Assembly (NCBI GenBank): GCA_964187785.1
Contig: OZ076409.1
Span: forward strand, 16,680,001-16,744,000
Origin: Amphiscolops sp. MND2022
Taxonomy: Eukaryota
DNA: 64,000 nt
Direction: 5' to 3'
Of this stretch, positions 36,501 through 46,472 are shown one piece after another. The position numbers were made by a program, and so were the translations under genes. Positions within the stretch are counted from its first letter, which is position 1. Each line of letters begins with the position of its first letter. The notes beneath the pieces are model-generated. The model had not been told where the DNA came from. It saw nothing but the letters and a program-made list of their open reading frames with translations, and ran no database searches.

Positions 36501-37808
36501 ACACAACTCAGACCAGCAGATCCCACGGGAAACGGCAGGATTCCCCTTGCCGCAGCAAATTGCTGATCTCACCCTGGCTGAGGTAGAGGATTTCGTGGCA
36601 GCCATGGCCCCTATCTTTGGCGCAGTGGGCGTGTGCCGATACCCTACAAAACACTTAGCAACAGCAGTCCAAGTGCACATGGTCTCCTTTAGCACCTATC
36701 TGCGAGGCCGTCCCTCACTGGCATATCCAAGGGTAATACATGCCGTGCTGAGTGGTGAAGTGCCGCATGGGTACACGACCGTAAAATCCGAAAGAGAGTT
36801 GGAGGAGAACCTGATGGGTTTGTTGCGCGCGCGCACCAGGAAAGCATGTCCTCTGCCTCGAGAGCATGGGCCTGTGAACTGGTACTCCGCACCTCTCAGT
36901 TTGGAAGGAGTCCCCTTTAGATTCCCCTGGAGTCAAGAGTTCATAAGAAAGGCGATTCGCGCCAGCACTAGTGCTGGTCCACCTGTGGACCCTTTATACA
37001 GCTTTAAATGCATCGCCTTCCCGAATCGCTATTGGAAGGAGCCGTTAGGTTGGCCTAGGGCAAAACCCGTTGGACGCGCCCCAGAGGTTTTCAACCGTCA
37101 AATCCAACACTTGGAGTCAGCCCAGATCCCAGGATGGATTGAAGGCGCTGCTCAGATCAGGCAAAGGAATCTCCAATCCCGCGTCACCCCATTCCCCATG
37201 AAATCGGCATGGAAACCTACGGGAAAGATGACCATGTCTGGAGATATGTCCATCGTCCAGCATGATGAGATCAATTCCGTGTTGGGCTCAACAGAACGAG
37301 CAAGATGGGAAGAATACTGTCTGGAGTTGGAGATTGCTAGCTTCCTAAATGGAAGAGAGCTTGCGAGCTCTGGAGCCAACCTGGATGGATCTCACGCCGA
37401 GTCGCACTAGCAGTAGAAGGTAGAGCAGAAATAGCGAGACAACAGGCGTTCGCGCCTACCATGCTCGCACCAACGATGGCGATGTCTTTGGATCGGCCGA
37501 TCTCTCAACCGATCACCACTAACCTTCCAACCAACAACTTGGAACCAGAACCAGTTGGCCCGTCTTCATCGCGAACGAGTCCTCAGTCCTCGCAGCAGCA
37601 GTCCGGAGAGCACGCCGCCGAGTTGACTCCCAATGCAGCACTAGTGCAGCCCATTGCCGTGTTGTCGCTTCCCGAAAGTCGGTCGGACTCTGAAACAGTT
37701 GCCACAGAAGTCTCTCCCCGACGTCGAGCGTCAGTGTCGACTGATAATCCAGAACAGAACCCAGATGATGCCACTAAAGAGCGGACCCGACGCAGTTCGG
37801 CTCAATAA
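33524..37808 (+). pseudogene. ORF3 of element 1 (disrupted homologue of the 1423-aa ORF3)
   Basis: ORFs starting at 33524, 34166, 34951, 35345, 35929 and 37461 align in order to element 2 ORF3, ending in RRSSAQ* versus RHSSAQ*. Confidence 0.93.
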
Positions 37809-38565
37809 ACCCAGCCGCTAATGGGAGCGTTCGCGCTCCCTATACCCTCACAAACTGCCAACAAACAGTGCCCTAAAACTTCTCATCCAGAACGGTGCTA
37901 CAGTACAAAGTGCAATTTTTGTTCATAGTTATGGTTATATAATTAGTGTACCATTAGTGTTGCACTGGGTGTACGGCCAATAGAGTACGCCTGCCCCAGT
38001 GGCTTGAATTACCAAGCAGAAAGAAAAGAAAAACTATTATTCAAAAAAAACTATTATTTTTGTTGCGCACCGTTCGCTGTTTTTTGATTGTGTTTTTGAG
38101 TTGTCACAATCAAAAGAAGTCTTATCCCTCTTGATTGCGTTTCTTTCTAGTCTAGTGTTCTTCATCAATTTGGTTGTTCACCGTAAGAGCCCGCAAGCTC
38201 TAAAAAAATTTTTAACCGCCTGAAGTGAATTGAAGACTATAAGTCTCAAATGGTGAGGAAAAGAAATTTTAGCCGACTTTGGTCGCAAAAAAGTTTTTAC
38301 GTAAGTTGGCTGCCCAAACGAGTTTTAACCGGTTGAAAACTGTAGCTCTCGAGCTGGTGCTAAAACCTCGTTCGTGTTTTGTACAAATAGCTAGGCAGTA
38401 AGTTCTTTTTTCGTAAAAAAACCGCAAAGCTGACCAAAATTGTTGCCGAAAAACAAGGACTCGTCCTTGTTCCCCGATGTGTGGATGATGGTTCCCAGCA
38501 GTCACTGTGATGCAGTTTCCAGACGAGCCAGACGCCGCTTGCCAGGGACGACAAGCCTGGAGCCT

Positions 38566-38574
38566 GGGGAGTGA
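38566..38574 (+). promoter_or_regulatory. Short polypurine tract of element 1
   Basis: GGGGAGTGA abuts the 3' LTR; the same sequence is at 41133-41141 (minus) in element 2. Confidence 0.65.
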
Positions 38575-39303
38575 TGTAACGGCAAGCTCTGGTACAGCAA
38601 TATCAACCGACATGTTTAGAAATTTTGTCAAAAATTCGTTCAAATTTGACGTGGCACTCAAACATGCTCAAGACGAAGTACCTGCCAGAAAAAGAACCCC
38701 AGAAAAGCAGAAATCGCCGCTCGCGACGAACAAGCACCGGAGACGACTGAAAAGACGTCCCCAACGCATACAGAACACGGTATTGTGTCCATCTCTAGGA
38801 GATATCCATTACTACAGTAAAGGAAACCAGTGTTCCAGATGTTCGCCTGAGTATCCCTGCGGTATCCTGTGTGGCAACTAGCGCTATCGCTGGGAAGCTG
38901 AGGTCAATTTTCATCAAATGACTCTGAACTCTTGATTTCTTGTTGTATTTTTCGATGTGGTAAATTAATATGCTCGAGAGCTGTTGTTTAACATCTGTTT
39001 ATCCAATTTGGTGATTTTATCAGATTCTCCAATATTACGGTTCAACCTTCATCGATTTTCAGCCCAATTTTTAAAGGCTAGTTGAGCAGTGGTCTTGAGT
39101 CTTGCAAGATGCCTGTTACTTTTAGCAGTTACAGACTAGGACCAGGCCAGAGAGTATCCTACAAGACGGTTCCTCCACCTTGGGACTGGCTCCTTCGGAG
39201 GGAAAATGAGCTAGAGCCGCGGAGATCTAGGTCCCAGATTATATTCGCTGTTCTAGTTCCTCCACTCTACGTTGCGGTTCAAGCGCCAGCGCTTATCGTT
39301 ACA
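38575..39303 (+). repeat. 3' LTR of element 1
   Basis: Direct repeat of 8215-8943. Confidence 0.97.
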
Positions 39304-40417
39304 TCAGTTTCAGATATCTCATGGATATATATGATTGAAATTGATTTTTTAATTGTTGATTTAATACTACTAAAGATAATGCCCATTATTTGTAATATTT
39401 CGAATGCAAATTTGTAAATCATTTTAATGAAAGTGAATTTGAATATCTCTTTGTTCACTTATTTAAAAGAAAGTTTACATATGTTGTGATTTAAATATTA
39501 ACCTTTTAAATGATGAAAATTGTTTTTATTCACTTTGGAGAAATATTGTTCACATTTGATTGTTCCAAAACCTAATATAATTATGCTACCTTTATAAATT
39601 GAATTTCGAATGTTACTTTTTCATTCATTTTCTTAATTGATTCGCAATAACTATTGACTCTTGATTCGGTGACAACAATGAACGAAATGCAATTCTCCAA
39701 AATCGAACGCGGCAAACATTTGCACTGAGACTAGGACATATATACAACTTACACAGAACCACTGCGTTGACCCAAGACGGGCGCTGCAAATACATTTCAA
39801 TTCCAAATGTCCTATTTGAGCCACCGAATTTCTTCAGTATTGTTCAATTGTAAAAGACCGTTTTCGGTTTGTTTCAGTTCACTATTTTCCATGTTTTGTT
39901 TTTGCCATAATGACTATTTTTCTCACATTATCGATATATTTGATAAGTCATCGTACGCGCAATGTTTGTGAAATGGTTAGGTTATGCCGAGAAGTCGAAG
40001 AATCTCAACGCAAATGTGTTGAGTTTTCTGTATTAGATTTTCTTGTTGAGCTTTCACGTGCTGACTTTTGTTGTTTTGTATTTTCTGGTGTTGATTTACA
40101 TGTCAATCGTTCAGTTATTGCTGGAGGGTTATTTCAACGATTTTTTTGCCTAAAACCCCTCAAAGGAGCCCTGTTACATATGTTTGACATTAATAGAAAC
40201 AAGAAAAAGTGCTCTAATCTGGAATTATTCATGTTTCTCAAATCTTATGTGTCATTAACTTCTCGGGGACGTTCAATTCTCAATCATGATTTTCCCAAAA
40301 ACATATCTTTAGTAACTAGTGCCGAAAAACACAGAAATAAAGTTTATTTGGTAATAAAGTATGGGTTCTTTATTTTTGAAGTCACGAATTCTTTATCCGG
40401 AAATCAGAAGCGTCCAT

Positions 40418-41132
40418 TGTAACGATAAGCACTGGCGCTTGAACCGCAACGTAGAGTGGAGGAACTAGAACAGCGAATATAATCCGGGACTTAGATCTCC
40501 GCGGCCCTAGCTCATTTTCCCTCCGAAGGAGCCAGTCCCAAGGTGGGGGAACCGTCTTGTTGGAAACTCTCTGGCCTGGTCCTAGTCTGTAACTGCTAAA
40601 AGTAACGGGCATCTTGCATGTCTCAAGACCACTGCTCAATTAGCCTTTAAAAAGGGGGCTGAAAACAGGAGAATGTTGAGCCATAGTATTGGAGAATCTG
40701 ATAAAATCGACATCAAAAAGGGTAACTACAGATGTTAAATGGGCAGCTCTCGAGCATATCAATCTACTACAACAAGGAAAGCACAATAAGCATAACAATA
40801 TCAGAAGTTCGAGTTATCTAACAGGAACGAATCGACCATGGCTTCCCAGCGCTAGCGCTCGTCACCGCACAAGACACCGCAGGATCTTCAGGCGAGCATC
40901 TGGAACACCGGTTTCTGTTACCTATGTAGTGTAAATGCCAAAGATGGGCACATCACCGTGTTCTAGGGACTGATTTCTACGTCTTCTCTTCTCGTCGTCT
41001 CTCGCGGGGGGCGATTTCTGATTTCTGATATGCTTTTTTGACAGGTCTTTCGTCTGGAGCATGTTTGAGTGCCACGTCAGATTTGAACGAATTTTTGCTT
41101 CGAAAATTTTGACATGGGCAGTTGCCGTTACA
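40418..41132 (-). repeat. 3' LTR of element 2
   Basis: Matches 58601-59315 with about 7 substitutions counted by eye; TGTAAC...GTTACA ends. Confidence 0.97.
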
Positions 41133-41905
41133 TCACTCCCCGGGCTTCTGGCTTGTCGTCCCTGGCAAGCGGCATCTGGCCTCGTCTGGAAACGGCATCG
41201 CAGTGACTGCTGGGAACCATCATCCACACCACAGGGGACAAGGACGAGTCCTTGTTTTTCAGCAACTATTTTTGTCAAATTTCGCGGTTTTTTTCAAGGA
41301 AAATTTTACTGCCTGGGTATTTGTACAAAAATGCAAACGAGGTTTTAGCACCAGCTCGAGGGCTCAGGTTTTCAGTCGGTTAAAACTCGTCTAAGTAAAC
41401 AGTTTTCGCTAAAAACTCTTTTGCGACCTGGGTCAGCTAAAATCTCTTTTTTTATGCAGTTTGCCATTTACAGTTTTCAGTCAATTTCGGGCAATGTAAA
41501 ACTTCTTTTGGGAGAGCGCAGACTTGCCTACTCCTCAGACAGTCGATAGAAGATGTTTGAACGAAAAATTTAGAAAAAACAGCTAAAACTGTAACTGAAA
41601 AGCTAGAACTTTTTCTCGACTATGGCAACTCAAAAACACCGCGAACGGTGCGCAACAAAAATAGCAGTTTTTCTTTGGTAATAGTTTCTTTTTCAATTTT
41701 GTAGGCCAAGCAGCTGGGGCAGGCGCACTCTATTGGCCGTACACCCAGCGCAATACTAACAACATACTAACTAAGTAACAAATAACTTCTAACAAAAATT
41801 GCACCTTGTATGAGGTAGCACCAGTTAAGGCTATAAGTTTGAGGCAATGAATTGGCAGAGTTTGGAGTTCAATAGGAGCGCGAACGCTCCAATTGACGGC
41901 AAGGT

Positions 41906-44900
41906 CTACTGGGCAGAGCTGTGTCGAGCTCGATTCTTGGAGGCATCCTCCGAAACCCCGGTTTCCTCCGACGCTATTGACGCTCTTCGCTGTGGAGATG
42001 TCACGGTAATCACTGTCTCTGAATCAAAAACGTCTTCAGGGAGTGATAATTCAGCGATCGACTGTACCAGTACGGCGTCGGGGGTTAGCTCAGCCGCATG
42101 CTCACCGGACTGTGGTTGCGACGACTGGGGACTGGTTTGTGTCGATGGTGGACTCACAGGCTCTGGCTGTAGAACATGGGTAGGCAAATCCAGAGTCACG
42201 GGCCGTTCGATGGGATGACTTAATGACATGGCCATTGTGGGTGCCAGCATGGCAGGCGCGAACGCCTGTTGTCTCTCGAGTTCAGCTCTACTCTCCACGG
42301 CCAAGGATATTCGTTTGGAGACCCAGCCAGGCTGACTCCAGAGCTCGCAAGCTCGCTTCCATTTTGGGAAGCTGGCAATCTCCAGCTCCAAGCAATATCC
42401 TTCCCACTCTGCGCGGGCTTCGGGGCCTAGCACGGAATTGATCTCATCGTGCTGGACGATGGACATATCTCCTGACATCGTCATCTTGGCCTGCGGTCTC
42501 CAGGCAGCTCTTCTAGGGAACGGAGTCACGCGTCTTTGCAGGTTCCTCTGACGAGTCTGAGCTGCTCCTTCAATCCAATTCGGAATCTGAGCCAATTCCA
42601 TATACTGGATTTGTCGATTGAAGGCTTCAGGGGCGCGACCAACGGGCTTTGCTCTGGGCCATCCCAGTGGCTCCTTCCAGTAGTGATTTGGGAAGGTGAT
42701 GCACTTGAAGGCGTACAGGGGATCTATTGGTGGACCAGCACTAGTGCTGGCACGGATCACTTTGCGTATAAACTCCTGCGACCAAGGGAATCTAAAGGGG
42801 ACTCCATTCAGGCTGAGAGGCGCGGAGTACCAGTTGACTGGGCCGTATTCTCGTGGCAAAGGGCACGCCTTTCGTGTGCGGGCACGCAACAGACCCATCA
42901 AGTTCTCTTCCAGTTGTTTCTCCGACTTCAAGGTGGTATACCCATGCGGCATCTCGCCACTCAATACGGCCTGTACGATGCGCTGATAGGTCAGTGGGGG
43001 GCGTCCTTGGAGATAGGTGCAGAAGGAGACCATGTGCACCTGCACTGCTCTCGCCAGTGGTTTGGTCGGATACCGGCACACACCGACCGCACCGAAGATT
43101 GGGGCCAGGACGGAAGCCATAACGGCCACGAAGTCCTCCACTTCGGCCAGAGTCAAATCGGCGATTTGCTGGGGCATAGGAAATCCCGCCGTTTCCGCAG
43201 GGAGTTGACGCTCGGAATTGTGGAGGGGTTGCGACTGATCCACGCCTACGAACAAGCCAGAGGCGAACACTAGGGTGGAATACAACCAATGTTGGAGGGA
43301 CGCACGCATGCGTTCCAGCTGGGTGACATAATCTTGTTGGTCCTTGGAATTTAGGAGGTGACCCCATCGAGTTAGGCTGCGTAGCTGTCCCTGCGAGAGG
43401 ATCAGGTAGCTGTAAAAGGTGACTAGATCACTGGATACTACCAGCTCGACTAACATAGCCAGGGGACCTGCCACAAACTTTGTCGGGCCCATGGTTAGCG
43501 CGAGCGCTAACATCTCTCCTACAGTAGTTTCGCCGATGGTTTCCAACAATTTGTCAGTCTGCACATTGGTGAGCAAGAACTCAGAGGCTATTACATCGAT
43601 GTTCCAGCCTAGTCCGAGACTGGTGCAAAAGGCTTCCAAGGGACAGTTAAGCTCTTGAGCTACCTCGGCCAAGGTTCTGTCCACGAATCTGGACTGATAC
43701 CATTCGGCATACGTTAATCCGGCGGCATCTACTTCAGTCTTCAAGTTGGTCGCCTCCACAGCCACGACGTGCCTCATGCCCACGGGCAACTTGACAGGCT
43801 CTATTCCCGCGGCAAACCGAATTTGGGGAATGGTCCTTTCGACCGTGCGTGTGGCAGGCCATGTTTCAATTTCCTTCACGAGCTCTGCCAGCTCTGTTCG
43901 TACGGGAATCTCTTTGTCTTTCCGCACCAGCCAGTTATAGCGTCGAACGGCCTCTCGCTCACTCATGTTAGATGCTCGCATGACGCGATTCCCGTCCAAG
44001 TCGAAGGCCATTCGCCCCATACACATTCCATGGTCGAACAGTATGGCATCGTCGATAGTCAGTTGTGCATTTCCCGATCGCTCCACAGTGATTAGCACTC
44101 TTGATACAGCAGCAAAGAAGGCAGGGTATGACAATGCATCGGGGCGTAGGTCTCCGCGATCAACCCGAAGATTTGGCGCACATATAGCAAACTCGATTCG
44201 GCGCGCCTTGCATACCTCAGACAAGATGTACACAAACTGCTGCAAGCTTCGTTGCCAATACATGAATCCCGGCGGGGATGTGAAGAGCGCGAGCGCTCCC
44301 AGACGACCTCGAAGGATCCCTGCTGCACGCTCCATTGCATCTGCAACCACGTTTATTAAGGGCGCCACATTCCCAGGTCTACGGGTATCTGCCATGAGGG
44401 CATCCAGGTTGTGTAGCAGTCCTTCACAAGCCATGTGGTCGATCAAGTTGGTGAAGACTACACGTCGCGGGGGTGGCTCTCTTAGGGACCCTCTCAGGTT
44501 TGGGTCGTACATAACCGCGACCATCTCTGCGAATTCGGCGAAGCGGGAGAGTGGCATTGTTAACACCAGCACATCGGGCAGAAGGTTATCGATAGGCAGA
44601 TCACTCTTGCATGTCGAATCTACCGCTACACAATAGCGCGCACGCTGCAGAGCTGCTTTCAAGAGGGGCTTCATTGACCTGATATTGCGAGCGTAGCGGG
44701 CGTTTGCTTCCCAGGTTTCTCCTTCGCGCAATATGTACCTGGCGGGAAATTGCTCGGTGAGGTCGTGCTGCAGGCGAGCCATGTAGTTGTTGGGTGTGGC
44801 GGGCAGTTGCTCTCGAGCACGCTGTTCCCAGGCTTGCTCACTTAGGTCCGCATCACGGGCACGTAGCGATCGAGTTATTTGAGCCGCAATGGTGATTCTG

Positions 44901-46177
44901 CTCACCTCTCTTTGCTCGGCGTCCGACGGCGGTGCTCTCCTTCTAATCGCACATGTGTTCGGGTGCAAACACTCTGCTGCCATCCAGATGCGTTTACTAT
45001 CGCTAGTTACCACGGAGCCGGATACATCATCTGACGGGGGAAGAAAGGCGGGAGGACTGGTCTCTTCGACTGTCTCGGGCACCTCCAGGGACATGTTGGC
45101 AGAGCCTGTGCCCACGGGCACAGGATTCGTTTCAGGATTCGCATCCACACTGCCGTAGCGGTTAATGGCCTCTTCCATGGACATTTGAGGCGCGCCTACG
45201 CCCAGGTGGCCGACGCGATATGGAGGCCTCACGACCACTACACTCTTCATTTGCGATTGCTGGGGTACATCTGCTCGCTTGTCCGGAGGGGGACGACTGG
45301 TCGGACTTTCGGTCACGGAATTATTGCGTGTAGCGACGATATTTTCCTCAGTAAGTCGCTTCCGTCCAGTTTCCTCACGGGGATATGTTATAGCGCTGGT
45401 GTTTGGTCCAGCCGTGGTTTCTGCTTCCATAGACACAGCTTCGGCTAGGGTGGTGGGTGGGGTGACACAGCCCGAGGGCTGAGCTGCGGCTTGCAAATAG
45501 TGTGCCAATCCGGGAATCCTTTGCTCAACTGCACGAACGAAGTCAGAGGAGTTGGGGTAGTTGGCGACCGCCTGCAGGGCCACAATCACCGCTTGCTCGC
45601 TGGCACTCCGTCCGGTAAGATTTAGATTAGGCACTGATGGCAGTTGGGACCCCGAGGGCTCCCGACTTGAGGCTGATTGATTGGTAGTGTTTTGCGTCAT
45701 CGTTGCCTGGGTTCCATATGGTGCCCCATAAGCAAGTGAGCTAGAATACGGCGTCATCTGCACTGGATTCGGTGCCGTGATAGAAGGCAGCGATGGGACG
45801 TTGACGGGCATCATACGCAGTGATGCTTCTTGTTCGAATCTGGTGCCCTGGCTGGGGCCATGCACTGTGATTGATCTTTCGTCCAAGAACTGGTGAGTCA
45901 GGTCGTACCCATCCCAGGCATTGTTGGTGCACGTCAAGGTGCGACGATAGCCTGCCACCTCCGTAGTGATCGACAAGGATGCATTTGGCAGCATTTGCAT
46001 CGATTCAAGCTGGGTCAGTAAGGCAGCCACCCCAGCTACGGCTACTGGCGAAAGACCATCCCGCAGCCTCTCTTCGACATATTGGGCCTGATTGACCCTC
46101 TGCGCTCGCGCAGATTCCTGGGGCCTTGCACTACTAGACCCTGTTGCAGGCGCTGAACTGTTTGGGCAATGGGCCAT
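41906..46177 (-). CDS. ORF3, 1423 aa, non-env accessory protein with an SGNH-hydrolase-like central domain
   Basis: Uninterrupted ATG-initiated ORF between pol and the 3' LTR, conserved at protein level with element 1. No signal peptide or C-terminal membrane anchor seen. Confidence 0.93.
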   Translation of the reverse strand: MAHCPNSSAPATGSSSARPQESARAQRVNQAQYVEERLRDGLSPVAVAGVAALLTQLESMQMLPNASLSITTEVAGYRRTLTCTNNAWDGYDLTHQFLDERSITVHGPSQGTRFEQEASLRMMPVNVPSLPSITAPNPVQMTPYSSSLAYGAPYGTQATMTQNTTNQSASSREPSGSQLPSVPNLNLTGRSASEQAVIVALQAVANYPNSSDFVRAVEQRIPGLAHYLQAAAQPSGCVTPPTTLAEAVSMEAETTAGPNTSAITYPREETGRKRLTEENIVATRNNSVTESPTSRPPPDKRADVPQQSQMKSVVVVRPPYRVGHLGVGAPQMSMEEAINRYGSVDANPETNPVPVGTGSANMSLEVPETVEETSPPAFLPPSDDVSGSVVTSDSKRIWMAAECLHPNTCAIRRRAPPSDAEQREVSRITIAAQITRSLRARDADLSEQAWEQRAREQLPATPNNYMARLQHDLTEQFPARYILREGETWEANARYARNIRSMKPLLKAALQRARYCVAVDSTCKSDLPIDNLLPDVLVLTMPLSRFAEFAEMVAVMYDPNLRGSLREPPPRRVVFTNLIDHMACEGLLHNLDALMADTRRPGNVAPLINVVADAMERAAGILRGRLGALALFTSPPGFMYWQRSLQQFVYILSEVCKARRIEFAICAPNLRVDRGDLRPDALSYPAFFAAVSRVLITVERSGNAQLTIDDAILFDHGMCMGRMAFDLDGNRVMRASNMSEREAVRRYNWLVRKDKEIPVRTELAELVKEIETWPATRTVERTIPQIRFAAGIEPVKLPVGMRHVVAVEATNLKTEVDAAGLTYAEWYQSRFVDRTLAEVAQELNCPLEAFCTSLGLGWNIDVIASEFLLTNVQTDKLLETIGETTVGEMLALALTMGPTKFVAGPLAMLVELVVSSDLVTFYSYLILSQGQLRSLTRWGHLLNSKDQQDYVTQLERMRASLQHWLYSTLVFASGLFVGVDQSQPLHNSERQLPAETAGFPMPQQIADLTLAEVEDFVAVMASVLAPIFGAVGVCRYPTKPLARAVQVHMVSFCTYLQGRPPLTYQRIVQAVLSGEMPHGYTTLKSEKQLEENLMGLLRARTRKACPLPREYGPVNWYSAPLSLNGVPFRFPWSQEFIRKVIRASTSAGPPIDPLYAFKCITFPNHYWKEPLGWPRAKPVGRAPEAFNRQIQYMELAQIPNWIEGAAQTRQRNLQRRVTPFPRRAAWRPQAKMTMSGDMSIVQHDEINSVLGPEARAEWEGYCLELEIASFPKWKRACELWSQPGWVSKRISLAVESRAELERQQAFAPAMLAPTMAMSLSHPIERPVTLDLPTHVLQPEPVSPPSTQTSPQSSQPQSGEHAAELTPDAVLVQSIAELSLPEDVFDSETVITVTSPQRRASIASEETGVSEDASKNRARHSSAQ

Positions 46178-46472
46178 TAATGCATAGGTCTAAAAAGGAC
46201 CACTGTTAGGCTTACAGGGGCAAGTTCTTTCTGGAGCGAGCCGTGGGCCGGTTCGTCCCTCAATTGCAGCAATGCAACATCGGCTCCGTAAGGGGGCCAC
46301 TACAAACTTAAAATTTAACTCTAACTAACTAACGAACTAGAACAAAACCTTTGAGTAAACAGCATGACAAATTAACATTTCGAGAGCATTTCAAGACTCT
46401 TCCATGGTTGTTACAAGAATTGTTACAAAGACTGAGGGCAAAGGGAAAATGGGGACAACTAAAATGATAAGG

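Larger units (their letters stand above)
8215..39303 (+). mobile_element. Ty3/Gypsy LTR retrotransposon, element 1 (full length, defective, interrupted by a 12.3-kb insertion)
   Basis: 729-bp direct LTRs with TGTAAC...GTTACA ends, PBS, PPT, gag, PR-RT-RH-IN domain order and ORF3. Multiple stops and frameshifts. Confidence 0.97.

Noticed and set aside
39910..40422. 170-aa ORF between the two retroelements
   Set aside because: No recognisable motif; F/L/K-rich composition typical of chance ORFs in AT-rich DNA.
41906..46177. ORF3 as a retroviral env
   Set aside because: No signal peptide, no furin-site/fusion-peptide arrangement and no C-terminal TM anchor visible.
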